Below are positions 50,340-62,194 of a DNA stretch of 64,000 nucleotides, piece after piece (position 1 is the stretch's first letter; every line of letters starts with the position of its first letter). The notes under the pieces were generated by a model that had not been told where the DNA came from, made no database searches, and worked only from the letters and a program-made list of their open reading frames with translations. A program made the position numbers and the translations under genes. The stretch comes from Lama glama (Eukaryota). The DNA lies in NCBI GenBank assembly GCA_028534125.1, contig CM052817.1, forward strand, positions 14,634,001 to 14,698,000, in the 5' to 3' direction.

Positions 50340-50760
50340 TCCTAGGTCAATTTCCCCAGAAGCAGATCCTGAGATGAAGGCGCATATGCAGTGATTTATC
50401 AAGGAAATCTCATTAGTGAAACCAATAAAAGGCTGAAGGAAGCAAGACAGTGAAGAGAATGAAGCTAAATAAGGGTGTGACCTCAAGCAACATCCCACAC
50501 AGGGTAGCTCCAGCCTGATGCCACAGAAAACTGAAGAGGAAGTTACACCTTAGAATTATCTGAGTCAAAGGAACTCGGCTTACAAACTTCTGTACCCATA
50601 GGAAAGGGTCATTGGCAAAAAGGTCAACCCAGAAGAACATAAATTCCCATGTGTTCAGTCAAAGGCAGCTCTAGTAGACTGAAGAAAGTTCTCTCCAAGG
50701 TTGATAAAGTTTATGAATGATTTAATAAAAGCATATTAAAGTCTAGGGAAAAGGGATATT
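50340..50760 (-). mobile_element. ERVL-type (LTR16/LTR33-like) solo LTR
   Basis: ttccccagaagcagatcctgagatgaagg...gtgatttat terminus motif. Confidence 0.6.
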
Positions 50761-51124
50761 AGGGAATGTGGATATATTTTTGACATTATTTACTACTGGT
50801 TCTTTGATGATATTCATTTATTCATTCATATTATTCATTGTTAATGATATTCATTTATTTATATAACACCTTATACCATTATTTTTGTATTTTAAAATAC
50901 AGGATAGACACACTTTGTATAATTCAAACACACGGTACCTTTCCAATATGAATGGATATTTAATTGCTTATATAAATGCTTAAATGAATGGATTTAATTG
51001 CTTACATAGATCAACTCAAAACAAGTCTGCATTCTGTGATCCATCATTTTTATTTATCTAGTCGTTCAAAATTATGCATTGATTGGCCACCGTGGAGAGT
51101 CCATTTAACGTTGTTGTTAATAAC

Positions 51125-51345
51125 CTTGGAGTCATCAAGAACTCGTTTTAAATCCTGGCTCCACTGGTTACCAACTGCATGCTTTAGAGCAAATAATTTA
51201 GTTCTCTAAGTTCCTGTTTACAACTGTGTAAAATGGGGACAGTTATATTTAAGGATTAAGTGAGATAATGCATGTAACTGATTTTGCATAGTGTCTGGTA
51301 CATGGTAAGTGCTCAATAAATGTTAGTTAATACAACAGTGAAAAT
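51125..51345 (+). mobile_element. MIR SINE
   Basis: ttggagtca...aaatcctggctccact...gtaaaatgggga...gtaagtgctcaataaatgttag. Confidence 0.88.
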
Positions 51346-52133
51346 TATGATGATAATGTACAAAGTGGGGCAGTAACGTCTGTGTATGAGACAGTATACT
51401 TGAAAGAAAAGCAAGATGTGGCTCCTGCCTTCCAGGGCTTAAGATCTCAGAAGGCAAAGCATGAATAAATATTTAGCATAGAAAAGATAATACAAGAGAG
51501 CAATGTGTGATTGATGCCGAATGAAATACTTAAAAAAGATACCCCACCTCTAGCCTTTCCTCCCCAGTACTGTTGTCCTCACTCTGACACTGCAGCTCTC
51601 TAACACATAGCTCTAACAGTGACACCTTTCTCCCCCTGAATTGTCAAAGACTCCCTTTTACCTGTGTAAAAACAGCCAGGTTCTGTAGCGCTCACCTATG
51701 GCATGTGGGCTCCCCATCCCCCACCACCTACTATAGTTCACATCTTCCACTTCATCCTAGTGATAGTTCATGCCAGGACTATGAAGAATATGTAATATTT
51801 TTCGACTTCTCGGTCAGTGCTCAAGTAGTTCCATCCATGTGGAGTATCTTTTTTCTACTTCTTACCGATGAAATTTCTCCATCTTTATATATCCCTCCCA
51901 AGAGTCACCCCCCGCATAAAATTCCCCGGCTCCTCCGTTCATATTACCTCTCTCCTGTCCATGCTCTTTTGGTACAGTTTTACTGAGTAGTAAGTACTGC
52001 CTGGTTTTACCCGGAGTCATGCAGTAGTAGGTGTATAAAGGAAAATGGCCAGGGAGAGGGGCTTGTGCAATGAGATTGCGTCCGCCATTCAGCAACGTCC
52101 ACCAAAATGTGGGTCTTTACACTGGATTGGAAG

Positions 52134-52224
52134 TTTTTTTTTTTTTTAATGGAGGTACTGGGGACTGAACCCAGGACCTTGTGCATACTAAGCATGTGCT
52201 CTACCACTAAGCTATACCTGTCCC
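52134..52224 (-). mobile_element. tRNA-derived camelid SINE (Vic-1-like), short form
   Basis: Reverse: gggacaggtatagcttagtggtagagcacatgcttagtatgcacaaggtcctgggttcagtccccagtacctccattaaaaa, with Pol III A/B boxes and A tail. Confidence 0.88.
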
Positions 52225-53389
52225 AACTGTAAGTTTCTTGAGGCCAAGGATGACCCTAAGATAACACAAAGGAGTTATGAAGAAGTGAAGAAAAACATCA
52301 CATTACAATATTATGGAAATTAAGGGAAGATAATTTAAAGAAAGTAGACCAGGTATCAAATCCTTCTGAGAAATCGAGGAAGATAATGGACAAAAGAGAC
52401 CTGAACAGGTAAAGGCTTAGTTATTTCAGAAAATGTTATTTTCCAAACATACCATCCTTATATAGAAATATACTCCTACCTTAATGTCTATGTATAGATA
52501 TTGGTGGGGATAGTAATAATATGAAACTAGCAGTGGTAAACCAGTCACTCACAGTGCAAACAAAGCTATGAGAAATGGTGGCTGGTGGTGGGAGGTTGAG
52601 GAGAATTATGTCATGAGAAAGTAATCTGCAAGGTTTTTCAAAAACCTATTTCTGTTAAAGGATAAAAGGAAATGATTCACTTAAGAGGGAAATATCAAAA
52701 GTGCTAGAGAGAAGAATTATTTGAGAAGGAACTGATTTTTTTTTAAAAACTCTGCTCAAAACTTTACCCTGTAATTAATCAGTGTAGCTCCCTAATTGTT
52801 ATCATTCTAGAATATGGAAATTAAAACCACCCAAACTCCAGCCCGACCTGTCTGCAGTTTAGCGTTTCTCCATTACATAAGTAGATTCATGTATTGAATT
52901 ACGACAGCAATGGTCTGTCCACTGCTCCATTCTGAGGGAAATCCCGTTTGCTCAATACGGAAAATGAACTGGGTCTGTAAGGCTGGGGCTCTCCCTTCAA
53001 GCTCCCACACCCACACAGGATGACCAGACTCCCCAGACGGTCAGCAAAAGCCTCCGGGTGTTGGGAGCTGATGGGGAGCAGCTTGTGTCTGTGGGAGGTG
53101 GTTGGCGGTTGTCCAGGCAGCATGGTGTGTTCATCAGGACTCATTTCCGACAAAGGAGCTTACCTTTCCCTCCCCACTTTGGGGATTCCTAGTCTTCTTC
53201 CAGTTCTTTCCCTCCAGAGTCATCACCCTGCCCTTGTTTTCCCTTTCCCCAGCCCCAAGCCCTCAATCCCCTCATCTATAAGAGAAAGAAAAAAATTGAC
53301 CCAAGTATCTTGATTTAGCATTCAAGTCAGTGGTCACCTTTCATTTTGCTTTCAGTATTGGTGTGGGCTGAGGATAAGGAAGCAAGAAT

Positions 53390-53738
53390 CCTCAAAAGAC
53401 ACGGAGAACAGATTGCTGGTTGCCAGAGGTGGGGGGTGAGGGTGGGGGTGGGCAGAGTGGGTGAAGGGGGTCAAAAGGTACAAATTTCCAGTTATCACAT
53501 GAATAAGTCACGGTGACTATAGTTAATACTACTGTATCGCACACCTGAAACGAGTGTGGAGAGTGGCTCTGAGTGGTTCCCATCACAAGAAAATATTTTG
53601 CAACTGCATGAGGTGATGGGTGTGAACTGACCTTATTGGGGTGCTCTTTTTGCAATGTATACAAATATCAAATCATTACGTTATACATCTGAAATCAATA
53701 TAATGTTATGTTAATTATACCTCAATAATTTTAAAAAA
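53390..53738 (+). mobile_element. L1 3'UTR (L1MA/artiodactyl type) with G-rich tract
   Basis: gagaacagattgctggttgccagaggtgggggg...tgttaattatacctcaataa. Confidence 0.88.
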
Positions 53739-53839
53739 TCCCTCAAGATACTAGTGAGAAGAAAAGGGGGTAGAAAAATACACTGAAAACAAACAGATTA
53801 ATGAGCTGAGGCATTTATCAAATAGCTTAATAATATTAC

Positions 53840-54165
53840 TAACAATGGATAACTTTATTGAGTGCTTAATATGAGCTAGACATTGGTCTCACCATGTATA
53901 TATATACATGTGAGCCATATACACACACACACATACATATACACATATATGTGCTCTGTCTTTATATATAGAATTTATGTAATCATCACAGCAAATCAAT
54001 GAGAGAAATGTGATTATTTTTGCTATTTTACAAATAATAAAACTGAAGCACAAAGAAGTTAAATATTTTGCCCAAGGTTACTCAGCTAAGAGGTGGTACA
54101 CCTGGCATTTTTAGTCTAGACTATCCAGTGCCAGAAACTACACTCCTAATCATCACACCATACTT
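53840..54165 (-). mobile_element. MIR with embedded (TA)/(CA) microsatellite
   Basis: tttattgagtgcttaatatgagctagacattg...aaactgaagcacaaagaagttaaatattttgcccaagg. Confidence 0.8.
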
Positions 54166-54320
54166 CAGGGGTATAATGTTCTTAGTTTTGCTGAAATACT
54201 GTTTCTCCTAACTAAAACAATACTTTTGGATTATATTTCAAAAAATATATATCATTTTATATTACCACCTTGTAGAGAAAGATTTCATACAAGTCAGTGA
54301 ATTAAAAAATCAAGATCTTT

Positions 54321-54602
54321 ATACAAAACAGAAATAGACTCATAGATATAGAATACAAACTTGTGGTTGCCAAGGGGGCAGAGGAAGGGAAAGGATAGAC
54401 AGGATTTCAAAATTGTAGAATAGATAAACAAGATTATACTGTATAGCACAGGGAAATATATACAAGATCTTATGGTAGCTCACGGAGAAAAAAAATGTGA
54501 CATTGAATATATATATGTTCACGTATAACTGAAAAATTGTGCTCTACACTGGAATTTGATACAACATTGTAAAATGATTATAAATCAATAAAAAGTGTTT
54601 TA
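54321..54602 (+). mobile_element. Young camelid-type L1 3' end with TSD
   Basis: TSD aaaaaatcaaga(t/c)cttt at 54304-54320 and 54603-54619; TT/AAAA endonuclease site; same family as 27819-28091. Confidence 0.92.
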
Positions 54603-55244
54603 AAAAAATCAAGACCTTTTGTTCCTATACTGGTCCAGCTACAAGAATGCAAAATATAATTGTTGATGCTGAGTGAATGTAATCATATAGAGAATATTTT
54701 CTGTAAGATTCTTGAGTGGAACAACTCTAATTAGTATGTTAATTACTCTGATTTACACTGATAATTTATAAAAACACATATAACTTGCCATGGAATTGTG
54801 GAGGGAGTATTAAATATACAGAGAAATTTGTGAGCAGACAAAATAGATTTGTCTCGGTTGTATGATTTCAGTTTAGTTTTTAAGTAAGTGCTTTCCACAT
54901 GGCTTGAGTAATTAGAAAATCATCTGCAGATATACAGCATGGTTCTGTCATACAGGTTCTCAGGTGGGTAATTAGAGTTTACCTCTATCAACATACTATG
55001 AGTATTCTCAACATCCAAGTGAAGCCTTCCTGAGGATCGTCTATGGATACAAATGGAAGAGTAATCAGCTTTTAATATTTCCTCAGTAATCACAGAAACA
55101 GTAAACACAAAAAATCTGTGTTTCCCACAGAATTTCTATATAGAATTCATTTCCCTTTATGTTGGCAGCATCTAAAACAGTAGTTCTCTGTCTCTTGTTT
55201 GCTCATTCAAAGTAGCTAACTGTGTCTTTAAAGTGTAGATTTCT

Positions 55245-55406
55245 AGGGGAAGGGCGCAGCTCAGGGGTAGAGCACATACCTAGCATGCAGGAGGTCCTGG
55301 ATTCAATCCCTGGTACCTCCATTTAGATAAATAAATAAGTAAACCTAATTACTTCCCCCCCAGAAAATAAATTAAAATAAACATTAAAAAATTAAAATAA
55401 AATAAA
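55245..55406 (+). mobile_element. tRNA-derived camelid SINE (Vic-1-like)
   Basis: ggggaagggcgcagctcaggggtagagc...gtcctggattcaatccctggtacctcc plus A-rich tail; TSD core gtagatttct at 55235-55244 and 55407-55416. Confidence 0.9.
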
Positions 55407-57391
55407 GTAGATTTCTTGACTCTTAATTCATTAGACCTGCGGTGGCGGTGGAGGTGTGGGTGCTTAGAGTCTGTATGTGAAACAAGCCCCTCTGGGACTC
55501 TAGTGGTGATCAGTCCATCTCTCTCTCTGAGAAACAGATCAAAGGACATCAGGGCGCCGTCTGGCTGCGCCCTGACATGCATGCTTTGCTCACGGAGCTC
55601 CTGCACAGTTTATGTACCTGGTTCTGTCAGACCAGCCATTGGGTAAATGGTGAGTTTGTGGGTACACAGTTAAAGTACTTCCCTCAAACACTGCTGAGGG
55701 ATCCAATGATGGGATTTAAAAACCAACACAAGGATTAGTTAAAGACTAAACCTGGAATACAGGACAAACTATCTGCCATTTATTCAACAGTTAACATAAG
55801 GAAACATGTATACAGCAGATGTTCAGGAGCTATCATTAATATCTAACCCCTCCTCATCCAAGGACTACTGAACATGCATCCAGACGAGGCTGGAGTCATG
55901 TTTTTGTCCTGTTACTGCATGAACCATTTTCTTTCTTTTTCTTGCTTATTCCCATCTTGTCTCCTAGGTGTTAATGTTGATTCTGCCATTTGCTAATTTA
56001 AAAATACTTTTAGACTATCTTCATTGCTCATTAAGGTCTTAACCAGTTATGTATATATAACTCTGGTTATTCATATCTTTCTTGGCTACTGCACAGATCC
56101 GTGTAGAATGAAAATTTGTTTCTCTTCCAGCTTGTTGAACATGTTGACCATGTCCAGTTGTGACAGCCTGGAAACAGATATAACCTTTATTGTGACAAGG
56201 TGAGGAGGAGAGAGAGAGCCTTGCCTTGTCACAAGAGGAAAAGGGCTGCCAGACTGAGTGACGTCTGCAACAGTTTCCATCAGTGGGCAGAAGTTTTTAT
56301 TATGTGCCACATAATTCAATGCACAATTGGATGCTGCTATTTTAACATACCATTCCCTCCCCTCGTAGGTTTTGTGATCTTAGTCAGTGTTACCCTGCTG
56401 GTTCTCGGGTGACACAATATTGCATCAAAATCCGCTTGTTGGGGGTGCAGTTTGTGGTGGGAAAGGTATTTTTAGTATTTGGGGAAGTTTGGGATTTTAC
56501 AGATTTGATTTTTTAGGTGGGGATATATCATCATAGAGGTTAGGTTTTCAACATGCCGAGACCTGAGAGAGAGTTGACAATTTTTTTTCAATCACTTTTT
56601 CCAATGATAATCTCCTAGGAAAATAAATGAATCACAGGGTGAAATCTTTCTTTATATCCTTCATTGTATAGTTTTTAATGCTGAAAGTTCTTAATTCATA
56701 AATGGGGCTAAGGAGAAGAGCCAGATGGCTACTCCTGTGCTTCTGCAACAAGCGCCTCGGGTGTCTGCAGCATGTTGGGTCAGTGGTGCCCAGAGAAGGA
56801 CCCTAAGTAACCTGTGTGGATGTGATCAGGCACAAGGTCAAATAACTGCCCAAAAAGTCTGTCCAGGAAGATTCTGCAGTTAACCAGAAAGAATTTCTGT
56901 ATTTCAACTCCTTTAAAAAGTGGGAGGAGAAATCTATTACACTAAGCACAAAGAAAGCAAAATAAAACCTGGCTTTCCCATGAAGGTTATGTTGTTTTTT
57001 AACAAGCGAAAAAAGGAGAGGAGCAACTCCCTGCATTCTGCATTAATTCATTCTAGTTACACTCTGATAACAGAGCTTCAAAAGCAGCTGTGTTTTTTTT
57101 GGGGGGGGGTTCCCCTCAGGTATATATCAGATTTCTCAAGTTCTCCACAGTCTCCCTTTTGAGGTATCTACCAATTCTCAAGATTCTAAAGCTTAGTTCC
57201 TGCCCACTTGTGTGAAATTCTGGGATTAAGTTCTTGCTTTTTGCTTGAAATTTCTTTGCTCTGTTAAACTTCTCAGAAACAACCAACAATTTGCGTTTGT
57301 TATCGTTGCTTACAAAGCAAAGAAATGTGTCACTTTGATTAAATAAAAGATAAAGGTAAATTTTTTTTCTAAAAAAAGAACATTTGAAAGG

Positions 57392-57545
57392 TCAATGGGA
57401 TATCAGTTCATTAACTGTGACAAATACCATAGCAAAGTAAGGTAGTCACACAAGGAAGAACTGGGTGTGAGTATAAAGGAAGTCTCCATACTATCCTTGC
57501 AATGTGTATTAATCTAAAAGTATTTTATCAAAATATATCTTTTTG
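57392..57545 (+). mobile_element. L1MC/L1MD-like 3' end
   Basis: gttcattaactgtgacaaatacca...aactgggtgtgagtataaaggaagtctccatactatc. Confidence 0.7.
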
Positions 57546-57904
57546 ACAAATCTCAATGGGTACAAAGAGCAGAGAGAAGTGACGTAAGAACTGTGAGACT
57601 TTAGAGGTTACCTAGTCCAACCAGCCGCTGAGCACCGAAATCTTTTCATCAGCATCACCCAGAAAGGTTCATCCAAGCTAAACACACTTGAATTGTTTTA
57701 GGCAGAAATACCTCTAAGCCAGTAAGGACATTTTTCGAGAGCCCTTAGACAAAGTTCTCCCCTTTACCCAGTCCACAGCTGTCTCTCTGCAGATTCCATT
57801 CTGGAGCTCTCCTGGGGGTCCAGCCAGGTCACTAGGTAAAGGGCAGGGGCTCCTCTTACTGGTACTCTCCGCTCAGTACCTGATGAATATGAAACCAATC
57901 TTAG

Positions 57905-58272
57905 CCCTTGTCCTACTTTTCCAGTTACCATAACAGAATGCCACAGATAGGTGGCTGCAACAATATCAACGTATTTTCTCACAGCTCTGGAGGCTGAGGT
58001 TCACGATCAAGGTGTTGGCAGGTTTGGTTTCTCTTGAGGCCTCTCTCCTTGGCTTGTGATGTCCACCTCCTGGCTGTGTCCTCACACGGCCTCTTTTCTG
58101 TGTACACACCCCACAGAGTCTCTTCTTACAAGGACACCAGTGCTGTTGGATTAGAGCCCCGTCCTGTGACCTCACTTCACGTTAGTTTCCTCTTTAAAGG
58201 CCTATTTCCAAACGCAGTCACATTGCGGGTTAGGGCTTCAATGCACCAGTTTGGAGGAACACAAATCAGTTA
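57905..58272 (-). mobile_element. MLT1A-type solo LTR
   Basis: ttctcacagctctggaggctgaggttcacgatcaaggtgttggcagg...gggttagggcttcaatgcaccagttt. Confidence 0.9.
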
Positions 58273-58329
58273 ACCTTCCTTTTAAGCATTAAAGCCGTTT
58301 AAATGTTGGGAAACTGCGTGAGATATCAC

Positions 58330-58585
58330 AGGACACCAGTTAGGGGTGTGGACCTGGGGTTATTCTACCTGATTCAAATCCCAACTCCAGTCCTCGTCAG
58401 CAATGTGGCTGACCTCGGGCCGCCACTTAACCTCATGGAGTCCTCACTGTCTCACACGGAAACGAGGATAATAATGCTAATTACTTAACTAGTATTGGGA
58501 GGCCTCCGCTCACAATTCATGTAAAGTACTTAACGCAGTATCTAGCACATGGTAGGGCTTTGCTTAACACTCACCATGATGATCA
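58330..58585 (+). mobile_element. MIR SINE
   Basis: ttcaaatcccaactcc...tgacctcgggccgccacttaacctc...catgtaaagtacttaacgcagt. Confidence 0.82.
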
Positions 58586-59064
58586 TCCCTCTTGAATCTC
58601 CTCTGGACTAAGAAATCCTTACTTTCTATTCGATGTGGTTTCAGCCCCCTCAGCCTAAACTGTGTGTCCTCCAAGTGACCGTCTAGGTGTGTCCTTGCAC
58701 ACAGGTCAGACGAAGCCTATTACGTCCCAGCACTAGAACCTAAGAGTTCATTTACTCTCTCCGCACTCAGACCACAACACCTTCATGTTAATTTGTCCAG
58801 TAAAATCCTCGAGTTTTGTTGACTCCTGAGTCTTTTTCTTTGGAGATTCCTGCTAAACCAGGTCTCATTCTCACCTATGGAAGGTCCATTCCCTGTAACA
58901 AAAGTCATAATTATACATTTAAGTTTTACCTTGTTAGCATCTCATCTTCAGCTCATTTGTTTCAAGTTCACAAGTCATTTCACTTCTTATCAATAATACA
59001 CCTTAGATTTTTCTCTAGATCCATCCAAGTTTATCAATTTGCATAGAGGAACAGCTCTGTGCTG

Positions 59065-59500
59065 GTGACCCTGCAAATATCCGTGCGAATAAAGCTTGAA
59101 CCACAGCTTACCTGAGTCCTGGCAGAACACCATCCTGGAATGGAGAGAGGATTGGAGGCCTCTAAGGAGCTGCTATGAAGCCATCTCCCTCTCACTCATC
59201 TCCCTGAAAGGATGCTATGAGACAGATTCTCATCATCTCCTGGATTCTCATGAAGCACAGGCAACTTAGCAATGGGGTATCCCACAACTAGTGTTGCAAT
59301 CATTGCCCCCTCCTGCTTTGGTATCATCCTGTTCGGTGTGTGGTACACGGACATGGGAACCAGCCCATCGACTCACTCTTCTTCCTGCTGTCTGTAAGTA
59401 ATAGACTGTCTAAACCTAAAAGTGCCTCATTGTATCTTGACGAGTTGATCAGTGAGGTCTTGGCTGTGCCTTGTCTTCTAAGTCTGGGTGAGCTTGATGG
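59065..59500 (+). mobile_element. Old ERV solo-LTR-like element (family uncertain)
   Basis: LTR-like U3/R end: gctgtctgtaagtaatagactgtctaaacctaaaagtgcctcattgtatc. Confidence 0.45.
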
Positions 59501-60334
59501 TGTGTAGAAGTTCCTTTTTTAAAAAATTAGAAATAAACCTATCCTTCTCTGATTCTTCCTGAATTCTCTATTCCTTGGAATTTCTCAAACAGCAGTTTGA
59601 TAGTTTCATTCTCAATTGCATTCAGTAGACTGCGTTGCAAGTCACTGCAACCAGGAACCAATAATTTATAGCAGCTGTTTGTCGCTAGTTGCTTTCTTAT
59701 CTTTTCATCCATTTGAACTTCCTTTCACTCTCAACCAAGTTCATTTCACACTGGGTAGCCTTTGTTGCCTATGTAACCTTCATCCACCATTATCCCATCG
59801 GACAAATACTTTATCTCTGGAGTTTCCCAACCTCTGACTCCCGGACAAGCTTTTTTACACTGAGGCGCACATTCATTCTTCTGTTCAAACACTTACCAAG
59901 TGGTGACTAATAAGGGGCACCAAGACACTAAGTAAGGATTAACGCTGATCTAAGGTCCTTAATAGGTGTCAGTTCTTTATATATGTGAACCTTTTGGATC
60001 CTCACACAGGCTTATTTGGTATGTTCCATTATTATTGGGTCCATTATAGAGATAAGTAAAATGACACTGCCAAAGGTCAAATACTTTCTAGTTGTCAAAT
60101 CTGATTCTTAGGGTTCGCACCATGTTTCTGGAAAAACTTATACTAACAATTTATTCATTCCAACTATTTACAAATACTGGTTTCCTGTTTCCTAAACCAA
60201 GTTTTGCAATGAGTGCAACCTCATGTTTATTTAGGGAAAAAAGCCCTGGATGCCTCAGAGTAATAGCTCTACTCATTTCCTTCTATTGTTGGAGAAACCC
60301 ACACTCCCACATGCACTCTCGTTTATGGATATTT

Positions 60335-60705
60335 GTATTCATTAGCTTTCGCTACGTAACAAATCACCCAAAACTTTATTATTCATGGTTCTCTAGGTTT
60401 GCTGGGGAGTTCCTCTGTTCTGTGCTGGCACTGATGGGGTTGGGTGGTTGAGGGTGGCCTCATTCATGTATCTAGTGGTTGGTAGGCTATTGGTATGGCA
60501 GGGGCCCCAACTGGGAAAGCCTGCCTCTGGTCCACATGATCTCTCCTTCTCCATATACTAGCCCATCCTTCTCTCCATGGTGGCCAGGGTTCCAAAGAAA
60601 AGCAAGAACAAGTAGCTTTTAGACTTCTGCTTGTGTCACTTTTGCTAATTTCCCATTGGCCAAAGCAGGTCACATGATTAAGCTTAACTTCAAGAGGTAA
60701 AAAGA
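60335..60705 (-). mobile_element. MLT1H-like solo LTR
   Basis: gtaacaaatcacccaaaact...cccattggccaaagcaggtcacatg. Confidence 0.78.
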
Positions 60706-62194
60706 CTCCTTTTTGAAAATAAAGATGGAATTTCCTTTACAAAATGGCAGACTAAGCTGACATAGCAAATCCCCACTTCCACCTCATATAATTAGATACA
60801 TTGTTTAAAATGTCTCTTTCATGAAGATTCCAGTCCCAGATAGTTTCAGAAAGGGGTTTAACAAATGTTCAAAGAACATCTGGTGGAACTTGTTTCTGTT
60901 TCTGATTCTGATTTTGTTCATTCTTGGATGACTGTGTCCTTACTACTCAAAGCAGCACAGAAAGTGGGTTTTAATAGTACAGTCAGTTCATTAAGAGTAT
61001 GAGATGTCAGGAGTGGGTATGACAGGAAAGGTAAAATCTGATACACTCATTAGCTTTTTAATGTTTATATTTGTTTAGTATCTTCAGTAACATGTGCTCT
61101 CTTAACTCTAAGGATTTTACTCACTCCATCTAAAAACTCTAGTCTTTATATTTTCACTTATTAGAGGTCCAATATTGTCAGAATTTGTGAAAATACAATT
61201 GCCAAACTAAAGATGAAAAGAAATTAAATCTCTCACAGGCTTTCTTTGATTTCTCTAAATGAATGAATAATTCCAAATTAATGTCCCTTTGGGGTCTTTA
61301 AGTGAGGCTAAAGAAAAGAGAGAAGAAATTAATACTAATTCAAATTAGACAAATTTATCTAGAAAAACAAGTTTCTAAAGCCATGTAAACCAAGAATTAC
61401 TGGGTCCCCAAAATACAACCAAGTCCAGCCTTTCTAAAATGATGAAAATCAACATTATTACAAGGTACATGGACAACAGAAAAAAATATTTTGCCAAATT
61501 CAGAAGAGCATAATGAAATTGCACAGATCCTCAACAACCATGCTTCTCTGACCAATCTAATGGTACTATTTTCTATGACTTTGTCTCATTAACTGAAAAA
61601 TATTAACAGCTACTGAGACCTCCATTTCTACATTAAGAGCCATAGCTTTATTGCAATTAGTGCCTGTAATTTTTTTTTAAAGAGTTGATAAAATTTCCAT
61701 TATAAATAGGAAATGCATTTTGGGCAAACAGTTTGATATACCTTGGTTACCTCTGGAGGAAATTAAAAAAGCATTATTTGTTGATACTGTCATTGTTCAA
61801 TTAGTATCTTAAAATGTATGCTGCAGAAGTAACTACATTTCCTTTGCATATGAACTCTCATTAGATCTTTAACCATAGTCATTTGTGGTCCTTTGTCATT
61901 CACAGTTACTGTTTTACACTAATTCTTCTCTGAAAGCATTTATAATTAGCTACACATGAGAATGCTTCATAATGGCATCACTTCAGTAACTTTAAGACCA
62001 TACCAAGGGACTAAAAGTTTCCAGAACTGATGAAGAAAGTGATGGATTCCTATAACTCCCAGCCCAAGATCAAGCAGAGTAAGAATTATTTACATGAGAC
62101 TAAATGAACTGATAAGGATGATTAGAATTTTTACAATAGAACTTCTTGTTCGAAAAAAAAGAAATCTAATAGAGTGTGTCTTCACTTTTTGCTA

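Larger units (their letters stand above)
57590..59060 (-). mobile_element. CR1/L3-like LINE remnants, interrupted by MLT1A and MIR
   Basis: gactttagaggttacctagtccaacc terminus; later ctcctctggactaagaaatcc and ccatccaagtttatc. Confidence 0.45.

Noticed and set aside
50948..51010. Imperfect ~36-bp tandem duplication (atgaatggat...ttaattgctta)
   Set aside because: Two copies only, AT-rich; a routine slippage duplication.
53428..53472. G-quadruplex-forming tract
   Set aside because: It is the ordinary G-rich tract of the L1 3'UTR.
54977..55065. 58-nt minus-strand exon candidate (55040-54983, RSSGRLHLDVENTHSMLIE)
   Set aside because: Plausible acceptor but weak donor (GAG/GTAAAC) and an unrecognisable peptide; consistent with chance.
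55246..55320. tRNA gene
   Set aside because: The tRNA-like head has decayed boxes, an A-rich tail and a TSD, so it is a SINE. The same applies to 52134-52224.
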